The notes under the pieces are model-generated. The model worked only from the letters and a program-made list of their open reading frames with translations. It was not told the origin of the DNA and did no database searches. Source: an uncultured Alphaproteobacteria bacterium (GTDB lineage: Bacteria > Pseudomonadota > Alphaproteobacteria > RF32 > CAG-239). Taken from it: a stretch of 64,000 bases of DNA. The translations under genes and the position numbers were made by a program. Location of the stretch: NCBI GenBank assembly GCA_934271715.1, contig CAKQRZ010000009.1, forward strand, positions 9,613 through 73,612. Reading direction: 5' to 3'. Positions 46,677 to 56,565 of this stretch are shown here, piece by piece. The first letter of the stretch is position 1; the number at the start of each line of letters is the position of its first letter.

Positions 46677-47269
46677 GTACTAAAAATGATATGAATAATA
46701 ACATATCAGCAAATATATAATTTATCTGCTTAAAGGAAGCGAATAGGGAAAATCGGGAATTTTCAAGAGCTATGAACAAATTGTGAGCTGTTTTAATGAA
46801 ACAGCCTGCAAAGGTCGGGGAGTTCGCAAATCATAATTCAGATTGATTTCTTACACCTTTAAAAGCATTAGAACCGATTAACACTTTTTGTACATACATG
46901 TAAGACTCCCCGCTGTTGGAGATATATTCCTGCAAGAGGAACTAACAAGCTTTCTGAATTATTAACTTGCGACAGTTAAGCGGCATATTTCATACCGCAG
47001 AATAAAGCTTTTATGAAGCGGAATATATAATATATTATTGCATAATGCAATATATTTTTTTAAAACCTGACAAAAAGTCTAATATAAAATGTAAAAGATG
47101 TAGTTTAATATTATATTATTCTAAATAAAGTAGAATATGCGGAAAATAGTAAATAAGCAGCAAAAAATAATTATTTTATAAAATCATTTGACTCGCGCCA
47201 AAAAATTATATAGCCTTATTTATAGATATGGAAAACCATATTCAGGGCGTCGAAAACCCTTTTACTAAA

Positions 47270-47464
47270 TTGAATAGTCGCTTTTGAGCATAAGCGACTT
47301 AAAATCGTGTATGCCGACTTCTGTTCTAAGGGACGGATGTCGGTGAATAAGGCTATATGCTGAATAAGCCGAGCCGTTTTTTTATTCAATTTAGTGACGG
47401 TTTTCGAACATCCGCCCGCTTTTTACGGCGGGTTTTGTTTTTTATATAACAAAATTAAACGGAG
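47270..47464 (+). promoter_or_regulatory. Class B pilin leader with terminator hairpin (plus-strand copy)
   Basis: agtcgcttttgagcataagcgact hairpin ... catccgcccgctttttacggcgggttttgtttttt, then aaacggagttggaaaatATG. Confidence 0.55.
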
Positions 47465-47473
47465 TTGGAAAAT

Positions 47474-48100
47474 ATGTATAAAAATTTTGAAAAAGGCCGT
47501 TCCATGATAGAAATGCTGGGCGTGCTGGCGATTATTGGAGTGCTGAGTGTCGGCGGAATTGCAGGTTACTCCAAGGCTATGGAGATGTGGAAGCTGAACA
47601 AGGCAAATGAAGAATACAGCTACTTAATCCAAGGGCTGATAGAGCAAAAAGACAATATCATGGCGAATAATGTAACCGGAGGCTTGGCTGCGGTTGTTAC
47701 CGCGCTTCATCTGGTGCCGGAAACATGGAAAGATGCTGTCGGAACCGTTAACAACGCCACCTTAAGCGACCCGCAGGGAAATTTAATAAACGTATTTGTC
47801 CGAGAAAAGAGGATTGTTGTTGATTTTTATTTAGGCGGATTAGTTGGTAATGAGCTAAGAACCTCTCTCAGCTTTTCTAAAAAATTCTGTATGTCTTTAA
47901 TGCAAAACACGGTGCAGCCATTGGCTCCGGCTTTATATTATTCACGTCTCGCTCATATTTGGGATGCTCAGCATATCTATTACGGCAGCAAATTCTGTGG
48001 AGCAGGGCGGACTTGCCTGAAAGATTTGACGCTGCCGGAAATAAAAGAAATATGCGACAGCTGCACCGGCATCAGATGCGCAATCGTTTTGGAATTTTAA
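47474..48100 (+). CDS. Type IV pilin-like protein with Cys-rich C-terminus (paralogue 6)
   Basis: MYKNFEKG|RSMIEMLGVLAIIGVLSVGGIAGYSKAMEMWK; C-terminal CDSCTGIRCAIVLEF. Confidence 0.8.
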   Translation: MYKNFEKGRSMIEMLGVLAIIGVLSVGGIAGYSKAMEMWKLNKANEEYSYLIQGLIEQKDNIMANNVTGGLAAVVTALHLVPETWKDAVGTVNNATLSDPQGNLINVFVREKRIVVDFYLGGLVGNELRTSLSFSKKFCMSLMQNTVQPLAPALYYSRLAHIWDAQHIYYGSKFCGAGRTCLKDLTLPEIKEICDSCTGIRCAIVLEF

Positions 48101-48163
48101 AAGCAGCTCTATGCAAAAAAAGCCCGCCAAACAGCGGGCTTTCTAAATCCGTTATACCGCAGA

Positions 48164-48778
48164 TTATCTTGAGTAGTACTCAATAACCAGATTCGGTTCC
48201 ATCATAGCAGCGTATGGAACATCATCAAACTTAGGTACAAATGTATATTTTGCAGTAAGTTTTTTAGAATCTACTTCCAAATAACCCGGAAAATCGCGGG
48301 TCTGAGATTCTATAGCAGCAGCTACCAAAGCCAAGCCCTTAGATTTTTCACGAACTTCAATAACATCGCCAGCTTTAACTTGATAAGAAGGGATGTTTAC
48401 TTTTTTGCCGTTAACAGTAACATGGCCGTGGTTAACAAACTGACGGGCAGCAAATACGGTTGGAACAAATTTAGCTTTGTATACCAAGTTGTCCAAACGA
48501 GATTCCAACAAACCGATTAAGTTTTCGGCAGCATCGCCTGAACGGCGGATAGCTTCGGCATAGTATTTGCCAAACTGTTTTTCAGAAATATTACCGTAGT
48601 AAACTTTCAGTTTTTGCTTAGCATTTAATTGTTCGCCGTAGTCGGTAACTTTTTTCTTTCTCTGACCATGCTGACCAGGGCCGTAAGAACGTTTGTTGAA
48701 CGGGCTGTTTGCATCGCCCCAGAGGTTTTCGCCATAGCGGCGGCTGTTTTTCTTTTTAGCAGCAACAATACTTTTCAT
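48164..48778 (-). CDS. rpsD: 30S ribosomal protein S4
   Basis: 204 aa with the S4 N-terminal domain and the S4 RNA-binding domain (...[26 protein letters not shown]). Confidence 0.9.
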   Translation of the reverse strand: MKSIVAAKKKNSRRYGENLWGDANSPFNKRSYGPGQHGQRKKKVTDYGEQLNAKQKLKVYYGNISEKQFGKYYAEAIRRSGDAAENLIGLLESRLDNLVYKAKFVPTVFAARQFVNHGHVTVNGKKVNIPSYQVKAGDVIEVREKSKGLALVAAAIESQTRDFPGYLEVDSKKLTAKYTFVPKFDDVPYAAMMEPNLVIEYYSR

Positions 48779-48982
48779 AAGTTTAAATCCTTTATTTTTG
48801 TTTACATTATTGTCCCGATAGTTTCACGCCAAAATACGGAAACGAGGTTGCGCCTTAACACAATCTGCATTCTCGGAAGTGGTGTTAAAATAACCCAAAA
48901 AATCTGTTTTTTCAAGCAAAAAATACAAATAACGCTGGATTTTTTATAAAATTATTTTACAATCGAAAATAAGGAGAAGGCA

Positions 48983-50722
48983 ATGTCATATAATTTGATG
49001 TTTCAGAAAGCTGTTGAATTGCAGCAAAACGGAGCTTTGCATGAAGCAGAGCAGCTCTATCGTCAAATCTTGGAAACCGCTCCGGATAATGCCGATGTTT
49101 TAAATTTATTGGGATTGATTGCGCAAACTCGCGGCCTGCACAGCGAGGCTATAGGCTATTTTTACCGCGCCGCGGCTTCTGCTCCCAAACATTTTCCGAT
49201 TTTTTTCAATCTGGGAATATCGCTGGCAGCGGTCGGACGTCCGATTGAAGCGATTGAAGCCTATAAAAAAGCCTTGCAGCTTAAGCCAGATTTAAAAGAA
49301 GCTTTTTTGTGTTTAGGCAACACCTATTGGCAGATAAACCGCGATGAAGAAGCCGCAGAAGCCTTTGAAAATGCTCTAAAGCTGGATGCGGATTATACAG
49401 ACGCCGCCGTAAATCTGGCAGAAATTAAAAATGACGAGGCGGCTCTGCAGCTGCTGGCGCAGAAAAATCCCCAAGATGCGCGCCCTTTTTATTATTTAGG
49501 ACGCCGCAAATTTGCTCAACAGAAATACAGCGAGGCTAATTTATATTTGCAGCAAGCTGATTTTCTGCAAGAAAACGCTGAAATCAAGACGATTTTAGGC
49601 GAAACTTTGTTGTTTTTGCAAAAAAAAGATGAAGCTTTGCCTTTTTTTTATGCGGCTTTACGGCTTGACCCTCACAACTCTGCCGCAGCCTTGCATATTG
49701 CTGATTTAGAAGCGGAAAAAGCCAATTATGCCGAAGCAGAAAAATATTATAAAAAAGCCGGAGAGCTAAATCCGGACAGCGTTCAGATGCATGCCAATTA
49801 TGCCAATATGCTGTGCAGGCTCAAACGTACATTGGAGGCTTTGGAAGAATATCGCGCGGCTGTGCGTTTGGAGCCTGAACAACCGGAACTAAGCTATAAT
49901 TTAGCAATAATTCTTAAAACTTTGGAAGAATATGAGCAGGCGTTGGCGCTGATGTTTAATGCTTTTTATCTGGCGCCGCATCATGTTGATTGGAGTCTGA
50001 ATATTGCCGAAACCATTACTTTATTTTATGCTAAATCACAGGAAAAGGCTTTAAAAATTGCTGAAAATTGGTACGAGAAAATGCCTGAAAACACGGTGGC
50101 AAAACATCTGTGGGCAGTTTTAAACGGAAAGTCATCTGACAATGAAACGGAATATAATCGTTTATTGTTTGATTGTTTTGCCGAAAACTATGAAAATGTT
50201 CTTAAAAACATAAGCTATAATGTTGTGGAAAAAATGGCAGAAATTATTCCGCCTCTGAAAGGAAAAGTTTTAGATTTGGGGTGCGGCACGGGATTGATTG
50301 GAGAAAAATTCAAAAATACCGATAATGTTTTTTATGGCATAGATTTGTCGGCGGCAATGCTGAAACTGGCTGAGTCTAAAAAAGTGTATCAAAATTTGGA
50401 GCATACTGATGCTTTGGCGTATTTGGAACGGCATAAAAACGAGTTTTCCGCAATAATTTCTGCCGATGTTTTTTGTTATTTTGGGGAATTGCGTCCGCTG
50501 TTGGATGCGGCAAGTCCGGTCAGAATAATATTTTCGGTAGAAACTGACAGTTTGACCGAAACTTATAAAATTCAGCCTAACGGACGATATAAGCATAATC
50601 CGCAGTATGTAGAAAAACTTTTGAAAGAAGCCGGATATAAGGCAGTAAAAAGCTATCCTCTGATATTGCGCAAAGAAAATAATGAAGACGTCAACGGAAT
50701 AATATTTGATGCTTATGTTTAA
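48983..50722 (+). CDS. TPR-repeat protein fused to a class I SAM-dependent methyltransferase
   Basis: Multiple TPR units in the N-terminal 350 aa; C-terminal VLDLGCGTGLIGEKF (motif I). Confidence 0.65.
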   Translation: MSYNLMFQKAVELQQNGALHEAEQLYRQILETAPDNADVLNLLGLIAQTRGLHSEAIGYFYRAAASAPKHFPIFFNLGISLAAVGRPIEAIEAYKKALQLKPDLKEAFLCLGNTYWQINRDEEAAEAFENALKLDADYTDAAVNLAEIKNDEAALQLLAQKNPQDARPFYYLGRRKFAQQKYSEANLYLQQADFLQENAEIKTILGETLLFLQKKDEALPFFYAALRLDPHNSAAALHIADLEAEKANYAEAEKYYKKAGELNPDSVQMHANYANMLCRLKRTLEALEEYRAAVRLEPEQPELSYNLAIILKTLEEYEQALALMFNAFYLAPHHVDWSLNIAETITLFYAKSQEKALKIAENWYEKMPENTVAKHLWAVLNGKSSDNETEYNRLLFDCFAENYENVLKNISYNVVEKMAEIIPPLKGKVLDLGCGTGLIGEKFKNTDNVFYGIDLSAAMLKLAESKKVYQNLEHTDALAYLERHKNEFSAIISADVFCYFGELRPLLDAASPVRIIFSVETDSLTETYKIQPNGRYKHNPQYVEKLLKEAGYKAVKSYPLILRKENNEDVNGIIFDAYV

Positions 50723-51504
50723 CTCAGCACAATTTGTCTTATGCTTTTAGCTAAACCGGTTACGTCATCTGTTTCTACCAAAATTCCGTACAAAGTTCCG
50801 GCTCCGATTGCCGGAACCAGTCTGTCGCTGACATAGCGTCGGCATAGCCTGTTGATTGGAGCTGCCGTGTCAAAACCCAAAACGGAATTGTAATTGCCGC
50901 ACATTCCGACATCTGTGATATATGCCGTTCCGCGCGGCAAAACACGATAATCTGCCGTCGGCACATGGGTATGAGTACCGGCAACAGCGCTTACACGTCC
51001 ATCAAGATAGTAGCCAAATGATAGTTTTTCGGAAGTGGCTTCTGCGTGAATATCAACAAAAATCGCCTGAATATTTTTTCCTAATGTATAATTTTTCAGA
51101 ATATTTTCAATGGTTTGCACCGGACAGTCAACAGCTTCCATAAACAGGCGTCCAAGCATTTGTATAATCAAAATACGCCGACCGTCAGGCAGTTCAAAAA
51201 TTGTAAAGCCTCTTCCCGGATTTTCTGAGGGAATGTTTGCCGGTCTTATAATCACCTTGCAATCATTTAAATATGCAATAATATCGCGTTGATTTAAAAA
51301 GTGATTTCCGGTAATCAGGACATCCGCGCCTTTATCTAAAAAATCACGGCAGATGCCGGGGGTTACGCCAAAACCGTGCGCAGCGTTTTCCACATTGGCC
51401 AAAATAACGTCAACTTTATAGTCTGTACGTATTTTTGCCAGATTCTTCAATACAACCTCGCGCCCAGAGCGAGCTACTATATCACCGCAATAAAATATAC
51501 GCAT
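50719..51504 (-). CDS. YmdB-like metallophosphoesterase (TIGR00282)
   Basis: MRIFYCGDIVARSGR...DVILANVENAAHGFGVT...GNHF calcineurin-like motifs. Confidence 0.75.
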   Translation of the reverse strand: MRIFYCGDIVARSGREVVLKNLAKIRTDYKVDVILANVENAAHGFGVTPGICRDFLDKGADVLITGNHFLNQRDIIAYLNDCKVIIRPANIPSENPGRGFTIFELPDGRRILIIQMLGRLFMEAVDCPVQTIENILKNYTLGKNIQAIFVDIHAEATSEKLSFGYYLDGRVSAVAGTHTHVPTADYRVLPRGTAYITDVGMCGNYNSVLGFDTAAPINRLCRRYVSDRLVPAIGAGTLYGILVETDDVTGLAKSIRQIVLS

Positions 51505-51556
51505 GCTTTCTCCTTTTTTGCAATGGTTATAGCAAAAACAAAGATTTCTGCAAGTT

Positions 51557-52465
51557 TTATTTTTCGGACGGCAGAAGTCTTTTCTTTAGCGGAATAGCCG
51601 CCAGAATAATGCCGGCAACCACCAGCATTGCCCCGTAAATTTGCGAAGAATACAAAGTTTCATCTAGTACATAGTGCGCCATTATGCAGCCGAACACCGG
51701 CAGCAGATAATAAATTATGCCGGTATGCACCAGTCCTATTCTTTTTATAGCCACATTCCACCATAAATAAGCCAGACCGGAATTTAGAAAACCGATAACC
51801 AATAAAATCAATGTTTCTTTTTTATCCGGCATGGGCATCGGGTCTATATCCTGCTGCAGCAGAAAGTCCGGCGTACAGAACAAAACCGCCACAATAATCG
51901 CCGCGCTTAAAGAGGTTAAAGCCGGAAGTTTGGGCGGCAGTCGGCGTTGGCAAAGCGAATATACGGCAAACATAAAAGCTGTTCCCAGCATCCAGAGGTC
52001 ACCGGCAACAAAATCAAAGTTACGCAGATTTTCAAAATCTCCGTGCAAAATCACCGCCAATACGCCGGCGAAAGCTAAAATAATACCGGTAACAACCCGA
52101 AAAGGCGGTATTTTATGCTGAAGCAGGCTGTTCAAGACAATAATCAGCAAAGGTCCTAAAGTGGCAATCAGCGACATATCAACGGCATTGGCGGTATGTC
52201 CGGCATAATAAACGCAGATATTAACCAGCGCTAAGCCGCTCAGTCCCATAATTATTATATATTCCAGATTCTGCCAGAGCAGGCGGCGGTAAACCCACAA
52301 ACTTTTCAAAGTAAACGGCAAAAAGAAAATCATCGCCAGAAACCAGCGGATAAATGAAATCTGCATAGGCGTGAAATTTAATAAAAGCTTGGCATATATA
52401 TAGTTCATACTCCACAAAAATACTGCCGCAACCGCTAAAATATAGCCCACAAACCGCAATAACAT
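51557..52465 (-). CDS. EamA/DMT-family transporter
   Basis: Ten TM helices forming two EamA repeats. Confidence 0.6.
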   Translation of the reverse strand: MLLRFVGYILAVAAVFLWSMNYIYAKLLLNFTPMQISFIRWFLAMIFFLPFTLKSLWVYRRLLWQNLEYIIIMGLSGLALVNICVYYAGHTANAVDMSLIATLGPLLIIVLNSLLQHKIPPFRVVTGIILAFAGVLAVILHGDFENLRNFDFVAGDLWMLGTAFMFAVYSLCQRRLPPKLPALTSLSAAIIVAVLFCTPDFLLQQDIDPMPMPDKKETLILLVIGFLNSGLAYLWWNVAIKRIGLVHTGIIYYLLPVFGCIMAHYVLDETLYSSQIYGAMLVVAGIILAAIPLKKRLLPSEK

Positions 52466-52578
52466 GACTTTTCTCCTTTGGCTGCGAATATAATCACTAA
52501 ATAAAATTTTTCAAAAAAATGAATAAATTAGTAATATTTATATGATAATTTAGATTAAAATAATCAGGGAGACAGTTA

Positions 52579-52980
52579 ATGAAAAAAATTATTTTACCTA
52601 TATTGCTGATTGCCGGTATGCTGGCGGTTGGTGCTGCAGAAGCCAAAAAATCACAGCCGCATCAGTCATCAGACCGGCAGATAAATTGGAGCAAAGAGCT
52701 GGATTTAAGCAAAGAGCAAAAGGCGCAGGTTAAAGAAATCTATAATCAAAGTCATGAAAAAGTTAAATCGCTTATGCAGCAAATAGATACGTTGCATCGG
52801 GAAATCGCCAATATCCGCAAAGAAGATGAAGCTAAAATCCGCAGCTTGCTAACCGAAAAGCAACAGATAAAATTTGATAAGGCGCAAGCTCGTCTAAATA
52901 AGGGAAATCCGGAGTTTGAGAGAGATGAAAACGGCAAAAAGCCGTCGCGGAAAAGAATGCGTCAATACGGCGGTTTTTAA
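52579..52980 (+). CDS. Periplasmic Spy/CpxP/ZraP-like LTXXQ-motif protein
   Basis: Signal peptide and two L(S/T)xEQ motifs (LSKEQKAQV, LTEKQQIKF). Confidence 0.55.
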   Translation: MKKIILPILLIAGMLAVGAAEAKKSQPHQSSDRQINWSKELDLSKEQKAQVKEIYNQSHEKVKSLMQQIDTLHREIANIRKEDEAKIRSLLTEKQQIKFDKAQARLNKGNPEFERDENGKKPSRKRMRQYGGF

Positions 52981-53043
52981 AATTAGCTTGCCAACCGGTT
53001 AAAATATGATTATTATCATAAAAAAATTGCAAAGGATACGGTT

Positions 53044-53664
53044 ATGAATATAAAATTTTTGACAATAATTTTAAGTTTAGCTCTTGTTGCCGCCAATGCT
53101 AAGGCTGACGAACAAGAAGATATGGCTGCTTTTGGTTTGGACGATGAAATTGTAGAAATCAGCGAAGATACACCGGAAGCCGAGACTCCGGCTGTAACAG
53201 CTGAAAAATCTGCAGAAGAGACACAGAATCCGGCTGCTGAAACACCGGCTGCCGCAGAAGATTCTGCTGAAAATGCCGAGGCAGCAGATGCTGAAACTTC
53301 TGCTGAGGAAAAAGCCGCAGAAGAAGAAATTAAGCAAGGCGTGGCTGAAATGCAGCAGAAAATTGAAGAAAATAAAGCTGAAATCAGCTACTTTATTCAA
53401 AATATGAATTTAGAGCCGAAACAGCTGGATGCAGCGCGTGAAATAAGTGAAGAGAGCCGTCTGCGCCAGATGCAGCTGCTGCAAAGCATTGAACAGCTGC
53501 AGGAACAAGTTAAAAGCTTGGAAGCCAAGAGTTTGGAAAAATTCAAAGGCGTGCTGAAACCAGAGCAGCAGGCTATGTTTGAACAGCTGAAAGATGTATA
53601 TTTGCGCAGTCAGGAAACCAAAGCCGACTTGCAGCATGTAATTGAAGCTCAGGGCAGGATGTAA
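53044..53664 (+). CDS. Periplasmic LTXXQ-like protein with an acidic low-complexity region
   Basis: Signal peptide; Glu/Ala/Thr-rich spacer; LEPKQLDAAREI and LKPEQQAMFEQL motifs. Confidence 0.5.
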   Translation: MNIKFLTIILSLALVAANAKADEQEDMAAFGLDDEIVEISEDTPEAETPAVTAEKSAEETQNPAAETPAAAEDSAENAEAADAETSAEEKAAEEEIKQGVAEMQQKIEENKAEISYFIQNMNLEPKQLDAAREISEESRLRQMQLLQSIEQLQEQVKSLEAKSLEKFKGVLKPEQQAMFEQLKDVYLRSQETKADLQHVIEAQGRM

Positions 53665-53785
53665 AAATTCGGTCTATACAGGTTTTAGAGTGCAGAAGTT
53701 TAGACTTTTGCACTTTTTTTTGTAAAAAAGTAAAAATTTTTGTTGCAAAAAAAAATAATTGTATTAAAAGTAACCATGTCAATGA

Positions 53786-53862
53786 CGGAGTGTAGTTCAG
53801 CCTGGTAGAACGCTACGTTCGGGACGTAGAGGTCGCTGATTCGAATTCAGTCACTCCGACCA
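53786..53862 (+). tRNA. tRNA-Pro (anticodon CGG)
   Basis: cggagtg/cactccg acceptor stem, anticodon arm ctacg-ttCGGga-cgtag, T-loop gattcgaattc, encoded CCA. Confidence 0.75.
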
Positions 53863-54154
53863 ACAAAAAGCCTGCTATTTATAGCGGGCTTTTTGTTGTC
53901 AGCACGGAGCGGAAACAAACGCAAAACTCTCCGAACTCTGGGAGAAGAGTGCGACCACTAGCGAAAGGCAGGCGGGAGCATGCCGGTTGCCGCAGGCAAT
54001 GAGCGCAGGGGCGGCGCAGCCAGTCCCGCCGTCATTTTATGAAAATGATTTTATAATTTCAAAAGACCTATTCTTTAGTACTGTGCAGCAAGCTAGCACA
54101 GAGTGTATGCAAACGCATGCCTCTCCGACCTCTGTAGTTAATGAATTTTAAAAG

Positions 54155-54787
54155 TTATCTCCAGCTCATTCCAACGTAGCAAGAATCCTTTTTTACGCAG
54201 GATTTACAAATTGTACTTATTTCAGAAAGCGTCATATCAGACAGACATTTTACTTCCTTTGTGAAATCGGAATTATAGCAGGTTGTTGTATAAACCATAA
54301 AACTGTCGCTGTTGGTTATTGCGTCATTAGCAATAAATAGCGCGGCGTAATCCATATTTGCTGCTAAAGGATATACAACATCATGCGACAAAGCTAAGCA
54401 TAATTGATAAGCATATTCAGAATCTTTGTTTATTCCGTCTGGAACAATGTATATGTCGGAGGTAAAAACAGTACCGGATGGAACTGGATTAACATAGGTA
54501 TTGATTTTATTTCCCAAAGAATCGGTTATAAATTGCTTGTTTACCAATTTCCAAGTTTCCGGCACCAGCTTTGCGTCTATAATAAACTGGGATAAGAATC
54601 TGTTGTCATAGTCTCCTGAGTAGGTTTTAAATAAACTTTCCTGATATTCCATTAGACCGGTCATAAGCATAGTATATTCTTCGGTCATTTTGTTGATTTT
54701 GTATTTCTCTATTGCCTTGGAATATCCGGCGATTCCACCGACACTCAGCACACCGATAATGGCTAGAACGCCCAGCATTTCAATCAT
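54155..54787 (-). CDS. Type IV pilin-like protein (paralogue 7), with no in-frame ATG for a leader peptide
   Basis: The ORF begins directly at MIEMLGVLAIIGVLSVGGIAGYSKAIEKYK; Cys-containing C-terminus CKSCVKKDSCYVGMSWR. A 60-codon open frame with no ATG lies upstream (...TSPLEGEGYTG-RS-MIEML). Confidence 0.7.
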   Translation of the reverse strand: MIEMLGVLAIIGVLSVGGIAGYSKAIEKYKINKMTEEYTMLMTGLMEYQESLFKTYSGDYDNRFLSQFIIDAKLVPETWKLVNKQFITDSLGNKINTYVNPVPSGTVFTSDIYIVPDGINKDSEYAYQLCLALSHDVVYPLAANMDYAALFIANDAITNSDSFMVYTTTCYNSDFTKEVKCLSDMTLSEISTICKSCVKKDSCYVGMSWR

Positions 54788-54882
54788 ACTCCGCCCGGTA
54801 TAACCCTCTCCCTCAAGGGGCGAGGTTGTAGGTTTTGTTCTGTGCGTATTATTTCCGAATGTGTGATTTTTTACGCTGAACT

Positions 54883-55050
54883 CTGCAAAAACGTGCTGAG
54901 CGGCAGAAAATATGCCTTTAATCAGATGTTTAGGATTTGCAGAGAGAGAGAGAGAGACCTTTGCTTAGTTTATTTTTCATCTTTCTTTCCTCTAAAATTA
55001 TGTTGTTTACGTACCAATTCTATAACAGACGTTTAACTAAAGTCAACAGG
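54883..55050 (-). promoter_or_regulatory. Class A pilin leader (promoter, RBS, uORF with a 17-nt tc tract)
   Basis: Minus-sense TTGACT-N17-TATAGAAT, then gaggaaagaaagATG; uORF MKNKLSKGLSLSLCKS* (plus 54930-54980); tract at 54941-54957. Confidence 0.6.
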
Positions 55051-55247
55051 TAAATATATCAAAGATATGACACCGGCAGAAATTAGTGAGGCTTGCCAAA
55101 TGTGTAAAGATAACGGAGAAAATGCTTGTTTCATATTGATGTATTTTTAGACATGTAATACACTTTATTAAAATATACATATTGACTTTTATGAGTTAAT
55201 ATTTTATTGCTTATTCAAATAGTTATTTTTATGTCAAACTAATTTTT

Positions 55248-55511
55248 ATGCTTATGAAAGATATTATAAATGCTTTTAAATTTATCGGAGAGGCTAAACA
55301 AGGCAGCGCTGAAAATCTGATTAAAAATATCGGATTTGAAACGTACCATCATCTGATTGCCTTGAAATTTATTAAGGAATCCCCCGACGCTGACAATACG
55401 GAAAAACTTTGGAAAATAACCAAAGCCGGCAAAGCTCAAAAAGAATTTTACCGCGAGCCGACAGCTGCAGAAAAAGAAAACGGCCGATTTTTAGCCGGTT
55501 TAGGAATTTAA
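55248..55511 (+). CDS. Hypothetical small protein
   Basis: 87-aa ORF with no recognisable motif. Confidence 0.3.
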   Translation: MLMKDIINAFKFIGEAKQGSAENLIKNIGFETYHHLIALKFIKESPDADNTEKLWKITKAGKAQKEFYREPTAAEKENGRFLAGLGI

Positions 55512-55581
55512 ACAAACTAAAAGCCTGATGTTTGTACATCCGGCTTTTAGTTTGGAAGTTAGAAATTTTATAAAATTATTC

Positions 55582-56061
55582 TTAATGCGACAGCAAACGA
55601 GATTTTTCACGATTCCAATCACGTTCTTTTGCCGTCTCTCGCTTATCATAAAGTTTTTTACCGCGTCCCAAACCTATTTCAAGCTTGGCTCTGCCGTGAT
55701 TATCAAAATATAGTTTCATGGCAATCAAAGTGGCGCCTTTACGCGACAGAGCGTTTTGTATTTTAATGATTTCTTTATGCTGTAACAATAGTTTGCGGTT
55801 GCGGCGCTCAACATGGCTTTCATAGCCTTTGTTGGCATATTCGGCAATGAACATATTAGATATATAAATTTCACCTTGTTCAACAATGCCGTAAGCGTCG
55901 TTGATGTTGGCATGTCCCAAGCGCAGAGATTTAACTTCTGTACCGGTTAAAACCAAACCGGCCTGAAAAACTTCGTCAATTATATAATCAAAATGCGCAC
56001 GGCGATTCTGAGCCACCTGACCAGTAGAAATAAAGTCTGATTTTTTGTTTTTTCCAGTCAT
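55582..56061 (-). CDS. smpB: SsrA-binding protein
   Basis: GQVAQNRRAHFDYIIDEVFQAGLVLTGTEVKSLR and the C-terminal basic tail. Confidence 0.9.
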   Translation of the reverse strand: MTGKNKKSDFISTGQVAQNRRAHFDYIIDEVFQAGLVLTGTEVKSLRLGHANINDAYGIVEQGEIYISNMFIAEYANKGYESHVERRNRKLLLQHKEIIKIQNALSRKGATLIAMKLYFDNHGRAKLEIGLGRGKKLYDKRETAKERDWNREKSRLLSH

Positions 56062-56555
56062 TATCTTACAGCTTTTAATGAAGATTCAGCTGACTTAGCT
56101 TCGGTCTGTTTTGCTTCTGTTTTTATTGTTTCTGCCGGTTTGTTCTGAACCGGAGCCGCCGGTTTTGGCTGAGCTTCAGGGCGTCTGTTGCGCGGCAGGC
56201 AATTGCCCTCAATATACGCCCCAGGTTCAAGAGCTATTTTATTATAATAGGCATTACCGATTAAGCGGGCATTGTTTGCCACAAACAGCTCATCGGTATC
56301 TATTATGCCGTTGATTGTGCCGTAAACGCTCAAAGACTTGGCTTTAATATCGCCGACAATATAGCCTCGTGTGCCGATTATTACTTCATTGCACATAATA
56401 TTGCCTTCGAGTTTGCCGTCAATATGAATTGTATCGCCGCCCCAGATGTCTCCTTTTATTTTTGTGTCGCAGCTTATAATGCTTGGCACAGGAGTATTAG
56501 AGCCGCGGCTCATGCGTGCGATTTTTAAATAAATTAAACGTTTTAAACTTCTCAT
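56061..56555 (-). CDS. Bactofilin-family cytoskeletal protein
   Basis: Beta-helical repeats (IGTRGYIVGDIKAKSLSVYGTINGII...) and a Pro-rich C-terminal tail. Confidence 0.7.
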   Translation of the reverse strand: MRSLKRLIYLKIARMSRGSNTPVPSIISCDTKIKGDIWGGDTIHIDGKLEGNIMCNEVIIGTRGYIVGDIKAKSLSVYGTINGIIDTDELFVANNARLIGNAYYNKIALEPGAYIEGNCLPRNRRPEAQPKPAAPVQNKPAETIKTEAKQTEAKSAESSLKAVR

Positions 56556-56565
56556 TTTTATCTCC

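Noticed and set aside
46690-46960. Cobalamin riboswitch (AATAGGGAA box)
   Set aside because: The B12-box (GCCACTG) and downstream transporter or biosynthesis genes are absent. Only a 9-mer matches.
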